From assembly GCF_964355755.1 (NCBI RefSeq), contig NC_092679.1, positions 10,089,432 to 10,153,431 on the forward strand: DNA of 64,000 nt, given 5' to 3'. Each line of letters opens with the position of its first letter. The stretch's first letter is position 1. The DNA comes from Antedon mediterranea (lineage: Eukaryota > Animalia > Echinodermata). The notes beneath the pieces were generated by a model. It saw nothing but the letters and a program-made list of their open reading frames with translations, was not told the origin of the DNA and made no database searches. The position numbers and the translations under genes are program-made. Below are positions 51,122 through 63,420 of this stretch, piece after piece.

Positions 51122-52123
51122 TGTTTCGATATTCAAACTGATAAAAAACTCGTGAACTCAGATTGACTTGAATACTGGATTTATTGTGTCCCAACTGATT
51201 ATCTCAAGTAGGTTGTTCGAACCTATCAATAAAAATACAATACTATACCTAAATCCTAGAACGTTTAACTCAGTAACAAATGTATAATCTAAGCTATTGA
51301 TAATTAAAATTAAAGTTCAGCTCATGATCAAAGTGTATACTTAAACTTACACTTTTCGACATCCAAAACTCAACTCAAATTACTCAACAGCTTGAACATT
51401 GAAATGTTAAATATCACCTAAAAAAAACACAAGAACGTTTATACATGTTAAATCATTCCGTAAAATTGTAAGCTCAAAACTAATAAAAGTAGATCAAATC
51501 AAAGTAATAAAATCTCTTCTTATCTTTCTACACTCAGAAACTTCTAACCCCAAAATACCATTAATCAACATTCACGAGCCGAACCCCAACCTCAGCACAA
51601 TAGAAACTCAAAATGATATCAATCCGCGTTATGTACTTGTGTAGAACATTACTAACATTTTACTCTTACATTAATACACTGATAGAATATAGTTCCAATA
51701 ATATAATGTTCTTAAACATCTACAACTAACTTTGCATTATTAATACAGATGCCGTATCATTCAATCCACAACTTAGTTCAACCATAAGCTATAATGTTGA
51801 TTAAGTAATTAAACATACCGTAGTAATTTCCTTTCAAACTTTAAGTTCACTAACTATCTATACTGTTACCGTATTTATATACTATGATTTCGGCATTTAA
51901 ATCGTTCTAATATAACTAATACCTTTATAATCACGTTTAATACAATAAAATAGATTAACTCACCGATCGTTTCTTAAAATACTCTTAAACAACGGCGTTA
52001 ATTTACTCAATTATTTCTCTTAATGTTTTCACGTTTTCTCAGAAAAGTATGCAGTCTTCTCACGTGTATTACTGTAAAACCACAACTTTGTAGAGGGCGT
52101 TAATTCCTTTCTCCAACGAAACA
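51122..52123 (-). repeat. 5' LTR (1002 bp)
   Basis: Direct repeat of 44823-45831, upstream of the gag ATG at 51087. Confidence 0.96.
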
Positions 52124-53575
52124 ACTACTTCTTCGCATGCAGCTAAAGTAAAATGACGTCACGTTAAAGCGTGTCGTCACAGAGTCTCATGCATATGCAA
52201 AAGGTATATGTTTGTCTCTGCTTGTACCAAATAAGCGCGTAGCGGCGCTATACAATCTTTGATTTTATAAAATGTTTTCAGTGATAAATGATGGTGCGAT
52301 CTGCGATCGGTGGTACGGAAAATAAAATTATTCCGATATTGTTCCTGATAACAAAGAAGCAGATTAAATATAGTTGTTTATTTGACCCATTTGGCTTAGA
52401 TGCCTATGCCTAGAAATATTTTCTATGATACTACCTACTCACTAGCGGCCTAACTAAAGTAAAATACAGTATATTTGAGTAGTAGTTTATTAGTACACTA
52501 CACACTATCAGGCCATCCATATCCTCCTTCATCGTTACCGCGTGGCATCGTGCAGATGTACACTAACCCAGCACGTGCAGATGTACACTAACCCAGCATA
52601 ATGCTGGGTTAGTGTACATCTGCACGATGGCTAATACACTTCCCACCCACCCTTCCTAGAGGTATGCACTGCGCTACCACTAGGCCTAGCCTATTTCGGA
52701 TCTCATGTCTTGCAACATCTGAAAATACATAATGTACTAATAGTAATACTGTACATTATTGTTATTATTTTTTATTCGCACTGGAAGTATCTAGGCTTTC
52801 CTGTTATGTTAAAATTAAATATATTATTTATTATCCTCAGCAGTGAAAACAATTATATTATAATTGTATATGCCGTGATTTTAATTGTTAAAAATATGAT
52901 CGTCAGTCGATGGCTCAGGAGGAGTTTCGATAAATCTCGCGTCGCGCGTGGTGGAAAACACGCTCAGCAAGTTTGCCTCATTAATATGCATGACGACCCA
53001 CTTTAACGTAACGTCATTTTACTTTAGCTGCATGCGAAGAAGTAGTCACCGCCGATCATCTCTCTCTCTATGTGTGTTCATCCGGGTATTTTGTTCGAAG
53101 AATGACGACGAAATAAGTAAATATAATTTACCTATTTATATTCTTTGATAATACTGTTGTTTGTACACTCTCTAGGCCTGCGCTACCTACGCCTAGACTA
53201 TACTCAAATTGCTTTGCTGCTGTGTGTGCCCGGCCGGCTTGGAAGAAGTGTGTTTTGGGTACTAATACCCCTAATAGTAATACAGTACATACAGAGTGAT
53301 AGAAGGAGCTTCTTATCCCGTTGTGCCACGTAGAAGAAAAAGGCCAGCTAGCCTAGCCTAGCTAGGCCTAGCTAGTAAGTTACAAGTGGGTTGCCTAGGC
53401 CCTAGGCCTAGTAGTAGTCTCTACTGGCGTAGCTAGCCTAGGGCCGGCCCTAGTCTCTAGCAAAAAGGAGGCCTACTAGCTAGGCCTAATAGAGCAGCAG
53501 AGGATTTAGCCTAGCATAATATAGGCCTAGCTAGGCTAAAGCTTTTCTAGCTAGGGCCTAGCTAGTAGGCTATAG

Positions 53576-54593
53576 GGCGCTAGTTCCGTTTCGCACCTGT
53601 TTTTATTTCGACTTCCTTTTGACTCCAAACTGTTAAGCAACTTATTGTGAATACCACACCTTAAAATTGGGCCTCATAAGTACTTTTATGAAGAATAATC
53701 GGCGCTAGTTCCGTTTCGCACCTGTTTTTATTTCGACTTCCTTTTGACTCTAAATTGTTAAGCAACTTATTGTGAATACCACACCTTAAAATTGGGCCTC
53801 ATAAGTACTTTTATGAAGAAGAATCACATAAAAAGTAACAAATAAATCCTTAAGGCTTAAATTGATGATTTTACAGACATGTTTCTCGCATACCGTTCGC
53901 GAATTTAGCATAGGCCTAGGCCTACTCGAAGTTCAATATTTTCGTTTCTATGGAGCGCCAAAAGAGCAACAACAATAGATGGTTAAAACCTCAGTGGAAT
54001 TCTTGAAATACATGTTTAATTTTAATATATTTTGTCAATAAAAATGCTGTATGTAACATTTTACAGCTAATAATTTGCTGTTTTCAAATAGCAACCAACC
54101 CTAGGCCTAAGACTATTAGAGTAAGACTAAGACTATAAGAGGAATATTATTTAGATCAGGTATACCCATACAGTACATGTAATATGATGATGAATTTGTC
54201 GATTTTCATTCCTAAAAGTTCCTGCAAAAACCATGTACAGTATCATATCAACAGTAAAATTTTTGTTACATTGACAAAATTGAACGTAATTTTCACCAAT
54301 AAATGCATTAAATATACGCAATTTACCGAGTTTTTAGCCCTCTATTATGATTGCTCTTTTGGCGCTCCATATAAACAACAACATTGAACATGGAGTATGC
54401 GAAATTCACGAACCGATGTGCGAGAAACACGTCTGTAAATTCATCAATTTAAAGGATTTATTTTTTACTTTTTGTGTGATCTCCTTCGTAATAGTATTTT
54501 TGAGGCCTAATTCTAAGGTGTGGTACTCACGATAAAGTTACTTAACCAATTTTGAGTTGAAATAAACGACAGGTGCGAAACGGAACTAGCGCC
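53576..54593. mobile_element. MITE with ~270-bp imperfect TIRs and 8-bp TSD (Merlin-like GG ends)
   Basis: GGCTATAG|GGCGCTAGTTCCGTTTCGCACCTG ... CAGGTGCGAAACGGAACTAGCGCC|GGCTATAG. The first ~126 bp are tandemly duplicated (53576, 53702). Confidence 0.88.
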
Positions 54594-54609
54594 GGCTATA
54601 GTATAGTAC

Positions 54610-55133
54610 GGTTCCAGGACGATTCAGCCCTTAGACCACTTTTGGTGGGACGATTCGGCCCACTTTTGGGCCGAAAAATCCCACTTTGTGGGCCGGAACG
54701 TCTCACTTTAGACCAAATTCATATTCATTTTTTTGGTATTTTTATCATGTTTTTAAAGTTGTTTCACAATCCGTATTTTATAATTAATATTGAAAACAAT
54801 GTTGATATAGGCTAATCTATAATAAATTACTAAAAAAACGTAGGCCTAATTTTATGTTCAATTTATTACTTCGAAAACCTTGTTTATTTCATAAAAATCG
54901 CCAAGCGGCCAACAGAGGGCGTAACTTGTTTCGTGTGACTTAAAAATGATCATTTTCGACAATGTTTTCAAAATGTTTGCTTTATTGCATCTTTATCCCT
55001 AGTAATACTACCCCATAGTCTCTCTGAAAATAAAGTTTGAGGAAAAAAGCTTATTTTATGCTTATAAAATGCATATCAAAGCCGATAAATTTAAGTGTGC
55101 CGAATCGTCTCAGGGCCGAATCGTCCCGCTACC
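54610..55133. mobile_element. MITE with ACGATTCGGC sub-terminal repeats
   Basis: GGTTCCAGGACGATTCAGCCCT pairs with AGGGCCGAATCGTCCCGCTACC. Flanks TATAGTAC/TTTAGTAT are a possible decayed 8-bp TSD. Confidence 0.65.
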
Positions 55134-57603
55134 TTTAGTATAGCCTAGGCCTGGTAGATATGTGGGTGATTATTTTAATGAGGGAGCAAATAGGAAATTT
55201 GTGTACCAACATGATGTAGTGTGTTTCTTGTTTTAATTGGTAGATTACTATCAATTTGTGTTTATTTGATTTGATTATGGTATAAATGGAGAACATTATA
55301 AAATGATCAAAAATAAAAATATTAGCCAAAAACATTGTGGTGTTACCTGTAATATAGCACAAAATGTGTGACATTTTTATGTAGTATGTTCCATTATACT
55401 ATTCTGTGTTTATTATTAAAGAAGATAACATCTGTTCACGTTAAAAGTATAAAGTAGTGAATATTTAGTAGGCTGTGTACGAGTTTCTTTTGTATTACTT
55501 TACGCACGGATAATATCGACCTTGAAAGTGAGGCATAACGACGTAACATTTCGTGTTTCAAAATGTTACGTGGTAAATCTACTATTTAAAAGGGAACTAC
55601 AACAAACCAAGGCTATAGGGAAACTGTATAACTATGTTTTATAAAGCACGAGTTTACAACAAATACACTAAAAACAGTTTTGATGAATAATCATAAGTTT
55701 TAAAAACAAATAAACGATTATTCATACTTTTGTTATGCATGTCGTGTTCTCGATTTTCGTTACGCCGTGAAACTCTCCCCGCTTGAAAAATGCCATCACC
55801 TGTTCAGAAATAAAAATCACGAGGTTCTATGACGCCCCCAGTGGTGCGAAGCGTTATTCGCCGACCTCTCGAACTTCATCTGACCTTCCAGAGGTAAACA
55901 CAGCAGACGATAAATTTTCGTGTTACAGGTTGTTACGGAGTTAATTTGTTACGGCGTGAACAACAGTTCGTCGAAATATCGTAGGTAAGTTACTTTTACA
56001 GACATCAATTGTATTGTTATTTTTAGTAATATGTTTCCTAAAATAGTTATGAAAAGTTTCAAATCAATTGTGGAATTTAATCTATATAATTTGGGGTTTG
56101 TATGTGATGTTTTTACATACAGTAACGCCATTTTGTTTGGTGTTAATGTTACGGGTTTCGGGGTTCCACAATTATTAGCTTATTTATCCAATTCTTCCGC
56201 ATCGAACTCTAAAACAAGATGCAATATATGTAAACTAATTTTAAATTTAAATGATATATACAGTATATGATGATGTATATTCCTATAAACACGTCATACC
56301 TGGTGAATATCATGATTACGAATGAAACCACATCACGACGTAAACTGAACACCAACAGGCTAGGCTAGGCCTCTTAGAGGCCTAGCAAATTTTGTGTTTC
56401 GTTTTCATGTTACGGCGGTAGCCTACCTATAATTCCCTAATTCTTTTGCAACAAACTTCTAAAATATATGTGGTACACTTGTGAATTACTTTTAAATACT
56501 AACGACTAGCTAGGCCCTAAGTTATATTTCTATAAAAACTGCATAGGCCTAGGCCTAGCCTAACTTGTAATTATGGTACCAAATTCAACATGTAACTGAA
56601 CACGATACCTAGGCCTAGGCTAGTCTAATTATAGGCCTAGGCCTAAAAAAACAGCCAGGTAAAGTTAGAGATTTGGATGTGACTTTTTAACTGACTTTAT
56701 TTAAAATAAACAATGATAACAAATGTACTATATTTTATTACTAGGCCTAGTAGTATTTAATAAACTAAATGTTAATTGTATCATACATTACAAAGTTCAT
56801 GTTGAATGATAATTATACAAAATAATTAAGCAATTTATGTATGGATCATCATCATCAGCATTGGTAATATCTTCCAATATTTTTCGTATAAATTGGTAAT
56901 TTTTCCTTTTCTATCCTCAGGCACTTGTGATGCATGAAAACGCAGCAATGCTTCCGTTTAATTTACGGTTAAGGTTCAGCTCAAAACAAAAATTACATGC
57001 GAAGAAGTCACCCGTGAAGAAGAAATCAGCATCTCATAACTTACAATGCGAGAGTGGAGCAAAAAAGCCAACATGGAGAGATCGGATAAAAGCTACTGTG
57101 CATTATATTAATAATTCATATTCCACTATTAACGTTTCGGAAGGTTTTATCGTTACAATTAATTGTGGTGTTACCGTTACACGTGCAATATTTAGGTTGC
57201 ATATTACTTGTTTTGTATGACTTAAATATCTCCTGTGCAAAACAACAAACATACTGCATGACGAAGAATATAAATTGAAAACGAAACGAACGAAACAAAT
57301 AAAACACACAAACAAAACGATTTATTCTTTTATACTGTATTGTTTGATAAAAAACTTGATCCAGGCAAGGCTGCACATGTTGTCCTGATAAAGGCCTGAC
57401 GCCGATCACACATGTATCGCATCAGGCCGGTGAGGCTGCAGTAGATAGGCCTAACATTTTTGCATGCAGTCATGTTTTATTTGTAATCACAAATTTTGAT
57501 TGAATAAAAGTTAAAAACAACACAAGTGCAATTCCATGGTTACGGAATTACACTTTTTCCATAATTTGATAATTCAATTCCTTGTACCTTTAATACTTGG
57601 ATG

Positions 57604-59217
57604 CAGTGGTGGCGCCAGCGGGGGGGGGCTACGGGGGCTCTAGCCCCCTCGTCGGGGAGCCTAGCCCCCCCGTCGGGGAACACGGGTACCTTTTGTCGGG
57701 GAATATAATATACAGTAAAAAACGTTCGCGTTCACTTCATGCTTCAGCGCCTAGAAAACCACGACGTTCCATTGACCGTGAGAGTACGTCAGAGGGCTAT
57801 TATGCACTTTTATGCATTCATTTATTGCCAGCGATCTAACTTACTACTAAACATTAGCTAGGTACGCACTTGTCTGGCGGTATCCCTTTGTACGAATCGT
57901 TCAACGTTGGGTCGAGACGCGTGATATCAAGTTCCATACAGGGACCATAATGTGTAATGTAGTTATTTTCCAGGCGAAGTTTACCGATGGTTACCGAAGG
58001 GAACACGGGTACTTTTTGTCGGGGAATATAATATACAGTAAAAAGCGTTCGCGTTCACTTCGTAGCTAGCTTCAGCGCCTAGAAAACCGCGACGTTTCAT
58101 TGACCGTGAGAGTACGTCAGAGTGATATTATGCACTTTATATGCATTCATTATTGCCAGCGATCTAACTTACTACTAAACAATAGCTAGGTTCGCACTTG
58201 TCTGGCGGTCCCTTTGTACGAATCGTTCAACGTTGGGTTGAGACGCGTGATATCATGTTCCATCCAGGGACCAAAATGTGTACTGTTGTTATTTTCCAGG
58301 CGAAGTTTACTGACGGTTACGTCGTGTACTGCGTCGACGTACGCTACACTACAGCAAAAACGAATTATGTTAATTGTTCGTATGTTCACCAATTGTTTAA
58401 TTTACAAGTAACCTTCTGTACCGTGGGGCACCTAAAATAAATTTTTCATCCATTACTAAACAAAAAAACATGCTATTTTCGCTTAGCCAACATCTTATTA
58501 TAGCTAAGTTATTACATTTTCAATGTCCTGTATGTCATGAATTTCTCACCACTCGGAAGTCCAGATAGTACGCACGCATACACTTGGGAGGAATAAACTT
58601 ATTTCCCCGACTGAAAAAGCTCTACGCTTGCGTTTTTTAAGCCTCTAGGCCTGATGTTTCCAAAGTATAAAATGCAATTTTTTGAAGACCTGCAGCTCTA
58701 GTTTTAAACAGTTTCTTAGCTCAGCCCCAACAATAAAGCTGGTCATATTTCGAAGTACAAGAAGTGCATTTTCCGGGACCTAACATCTCTATTTTTCAAA
58801 CATTTCTTAGCTCAGTCACAACCATGATAGGGACTTATATATTTTTTTTCATGTTTTGAAGTATATTAAGTCCAATTTCCGGGACCTCCAACTCTATTTT
58901 TCTAAATTTTCTTTGAACTTTTATTTTTTAAATTGAAAAATATGGATGGAAACAGTCATCGCGCATCGTTTTTTTGCACGCAGTATTTTATTTATGCATT
59001 ATAAAAAATGGAAAAAATGGCTACCCTAAATCTTATTAAAATGACCTCAAATGACGCTAGAACGCGTTGCTTCCGGGGGATTCGCCCCCCCCCCCACCCC
59101 CACCGGGGGCCCTTGGCGGCCCCCTGGCCCCCAGCCTAGTGATGCTCGCTTCGTTCGCATAGCCCCCTCGTCGGGGAATGTAGCCCCCGCGTCGGGAAGA
59201 TCCTGCCGCCACCGATG
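57604..59217. mobile_element. Second, inverted copy of the hAT-type element at 25470-27086
   Basis: End-to-end reverse-complement similarity. It begins CAGTGGTGGCGCCAG. The right TIR is mutated and no TSD is recognisable. Confidence 0.9.
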
Positions 59218-59748
59218 CAGATTAAAAAAAAAAATTATAGTTTTATAGCTAGTGAACCTACAATAACCTCTTCAATAAAAAATTTTTTTAAAAAACCTCC
59301 CATAATTTTAAATAATTTCATAAAATATGTATGGTTACGAAATTACGAAAAAATACTCCCACATTTTTACCCTAAATATTCATCAATATCCCTGTGAATT
59401 GTATTTTAGATTTTAAAGCTCAGGTACAGGCATGATATTTTAATAAAATTTTTGGTTAATTGTACATAAATCAAAGATTTGGAACGGAAATCAAGACGAA
59501 AAAAAACATGAATTTCCCTTAATATCGTCAAATACAAAATTTGGCAAAATTCTTGCATAAAAACCAGGAAGACTTTTTTTTCAGTAGTTACAGTAGGTGG
59601 TTAACCTAATGTAATAACATGTATAATATAGTTTTTGATAAATATTAAAATTTCTATAACTGGTCTGGTTACGGAATTACAGTTATGGAATTACTTCTGA
59701 AATTATTAGGTTCCTAAGTTAAATTTTAATGGAAAAACACAATATAAT

Positions 59749-62700
59749 AACTAGACATGAAACTCGTCACTTTGACGAGTTAGTTATCCGCACGACAAAC
59801 GCCACGTGCACGTCATACGTTGGGATATTGCACACAGAAAAAGATTATGGCATTATGACATGAACTGAAGAATATGATATGTTGTTATTGCTGAATTCTG
59901 TTATTTTGTGTCATATAGTATACACGGTATAATCTGTATACATATCACATACAGTGTAGAATAGGTGAAATTACGGGACCCGCTATTTATTGCAATTTTT
60001 AACATGTTGACGGTTTTAAAATGAAACGCGAAGGTAGCAATTTCGGAAGGAAATTATCTCGGCAACAACATATTAACGTGTAGAAGAAATTTTAATACGT
60101 GAAATATTAATGCGTGCTCTTTTAAATGTAATGAACTATGACGCAAAATATGAAAATACGACTTTTTTTTATTTAACTGGCCATATGATGACGTCACAAC
60201 ATCCGATTGGCGAAAAGTTCACATGATTTCGTATCTACAATCCAATAGCTTCCAGAAAACGTTTTAATCGTGATTATCACATTTTTTTCTTACGAGCTAT
60301 TACAGATTAAAATTTACTCTAAAGATGAAATTAATGACCCACGTAATTAAAATTTTTAGGCATGATGACGTTATAAAAATTAAAATATTTTTATCTCATG
60401 CTAAAGAAAGTTGATTGACCTAGACAATATATAAATGTAGGAGAAAAAGGAATACAGATAAGCGTGATGCGCTCCATTGAATGTGATGAGCAATAACGAA
60501 AGAGACAAAAATCCTATATTTTACATTCGTGTGGCCATACGATTACGTTACAATGTTTTTTTAGCCTTATCGATGCATGATCCGATATCTACAACTCATC
60601 AACTTCTAGATTTTGTAATAAAAATAAACGGTTCACGGTTTACTTTAGAAACTATGACTGTTTAAAAAAAGACATTATTTTGATTATTTTTTAAGCCTTT
60701 TCATAAAAAACGCGCACGAATTGTCTAATTCAACGTGTTCGTATGGCGTTATTTAAACTGGAAAAGGTCTAAATTTTTTTCAAAATTACTAGGAAAGGCT
60801 TGAAAAATATAATTCAAGAGAAAAAAATATGTTTTTAACGCTACGTGTGCACCGCGCGCGTAAAAAATTGCGCGCCCGTGGGAATTTTTGACATGCTCAA
60901 AATGACATGAAACGCGTAAAAAGTTGATTAGAAATTAATTTTGCGCATTTTGAAATTTTAAATGCGCGTGCACGCGTAACTTCTTGTGAAACATGCCATT
61001 TTTAATCCGTAGAAAGTTTGCCCCTGATATGACTTAAATTTTGTCAAAGTGTCAATACTAAATGACTTTTGGTTTTTAATCTATGTTCAATCATTGAAAT
61101 TCATAAAATTGCGCGTAAGTCACGTTGCGCAACTATGACGTCATTCAAAAATAGGAGGTGCACAACTTCACGTAAATGCCCATATGCTGTCAAAGTTATG
61201 AAATGTTATGTTTACACATTTTAGAGAAACGCGACTCACAAAAAGGAAGGAAGGAAACAAGAACTAGACATGTAACTCGTCACTTTGACGAGTTAGTTAT
61301 CCGCACGACAAAGGCCACGTAGACGTCATACGTTAGAATATTGCACACAGAAAAAGATTATGGCAATATGACCTGAACTGAAGAATATGATATGTTGTTA
61401 TTGCTGAATTCTGTTATTTTGTGTCATTATTATACAATATAATCTGTATACATATTACATACAGGGTAGAATAGGTGAAATGACTGGACCCGCCATTTAT
61501 TCCAATTTTTAACATAGCGACGGTATCAAAATGAAACACTAAGATAGCAATTTCGGAAGGAAATTATCTCGGCAACAACATATTAATGTGTAGAAGAAAT
61601 TTAAATACGTAAAATATTGATGCGTGCCCTTTTAAATGTGATGAATTATTACGCAAAAGATGAAAATACGACTTTTTTTATTTAACTGGTCATATGATGA
61701 CGTCACAACATCCGATTGGCAAAATGTTTACATAAATTCGTATCTACAATCCAATAGCTTCCAGAAAACGTTTTAATCATGATTATCGCGTTTTATTCTG
61801 ACGAGCTATAACAGATTGAAATTTACTGTAAAGATGAAAATAATTGACCCACGTTATTAACGTTTTTAGACATGATGACGTAATAAAAATTAAAATATTT
61901 TTAACTCATGCGAAAGATAGTTGATTGATCTAGACAATATCAAAATCGGGGTGAAAATGGAAAACGGATAAGTAGAGATGCGCTCTATTAAATGTGATGG
62001 GCTACGACGAAAGATACAAAAATCCTAAATTTTATATTTGCGTGGCCATACGATGACGTCACAATGTCCGGTTAGCCATATTAATACATGATCCGATATC
62101 TATAACTCATCAACTTCAAGAATATGTCATCCACAAAAAATTGACCGTCCAGTTTAGAAATTACGACTGTTTAAAAAAAGGCATAATTTTGACAATTTTT
62201 TTTACTTTTTCATCAAAAACTCGCGAAAATTATCCAATTCTACGTTCCCGTATGACGTGATTTTAAGTCGAAATTGTTTAAAAGTTTGTAAAATTACTAG
62301 AAAAGGCTGGAAAAACATAAATCACGCGAAAAAAAAGTGTTTTTGCGCTACGTGCGCACGTGTACGTAAAAAAATTGCGCGCGCCTGGGAATTTTTGACA
62401 TGCTTAAAATGACATGAAACGCATAGAAAGTTGATTAGAAATTGAATTTTCGCATTTTCAAATTTTAAACGTGCGTGCGCGCGTAACATTCTGTGAAACA
62501 TGCCATTTTTTTTCCACAGACAGTTAGCGCAAGATAAAAATTATACTTTTGCTAAGTTTCAATTTAAATTGTTTTATGGTTTTCGATCTATGTTAAATAC
62601 GCGAAATTCATAAAAACGCGCATAAGTCATGTTGCGCAACTCTGACATCATTCAAAAATAGGAAAGCACAACTTCACGTGAATGCCCATATGTTGACAAA

Positions 62701-63420
62701 GTTATGAAATGTTAACTTTACAGGTTTTAGAGATACGCTCTGCACAAAAATGACAGAAAGAAAGAAGAATACAGAAAAAAAAAGATGATGAAACAGGACA
62801 GTTACAAGGAGTTATCCGCCATGAGCGGATTAATACAGAAAACTAGATTTGAACTCGTCACTTTGACGAGTTCGGGTTATCCGCGCAAACGCAACATGCA
62901 CATACTTTAAACTATATGAACTTCGACAATTGTTATGCCATCCTATGACATGAATTAAGAATGTTTACAGTGCTGAATTGTACCTATTTTGTAGCATACA
63001 GCATATTACAGTATTTACAGAATAAACTGTATAATTATGTTATATACAGTGTAGCATAGACGAAATAACGAGACCCATCTTTTAAATCCAATTATTAACA
63101 CGATGACGTCATCAAATTGACATAAAAGATAACAATTTTAGAAGATAATTATCTAAATAATTGCATTATTACAAATTTGAAGTATTTTGGGCACTTAAAA
63201 GTGAGATGCGCTCTCGTTTAAACATGCTGAACTATGACGCAAAATATGAAAATACGACTTTTGTTATTCAACTGGCCATATAATAAATGACGTCAAAACA
63301 TCTGATTAGCAAAATATTGACATGAATTCGTATCTACAATCCAATAGCTTCTAGAAAACGTTTTATTCATGATTATTACTGTTTATTCTGATGAGCTATA
63401 GGGCAATTTCACAGTAACCT
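59749..63420 (-). mobile_element. Three stacked copies (~1.5 kb, last one partial) of a Helentron-type non-autonomous element
   Basis: AACTAGA...AACTCGTCACTTTGACGAGTT..GTTATCCGC starts at 59749, 61262 and 62841 (3' CTAGTT, stem-loop and subTIR on the minus strand). The 5' end TATTAATCCGCTCATGGCGGATAACT at ~62810-62835 is followed by a CTT-rich tract. Confidence 0.8.

Larger units (their letters stand above)
44823..52123 (-). mobile_element. Full-length BEL/Pao LTR retrotransposon
   Basis: TGT..ACA LTRs at 44823-45831 and 51122-52123, a 5-bp TSD ACTAC (44818-44822, 52124-52128), a polypurine tract at 45832-45844 (minus strand) and gag-PR-RT-RH-IN domain order. Confidence 0.96.
44814..53050. 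mobile_element. MITE (~930 bp without the insert) whose left TIR is split by the BEL element
   Basis: GGTGACTAC (44814-44822) plus TTCTTCGCATGCAGCTAAAGTAAAATGACG (from 52129) is the reverse complement of CGTCATTTTACTTTAGCTGCATGCGAAGAAGTAGTCACC (ends 53050). No TSD is evident. Confidence 0.8.

Noticed and set aside
56830-57220. Possible coding remnant (ORF 56927-57220; minus-strand FIRKILEDITNADDDD)
   Set aside because: Too short, with no recognisable family motif or exon partners.
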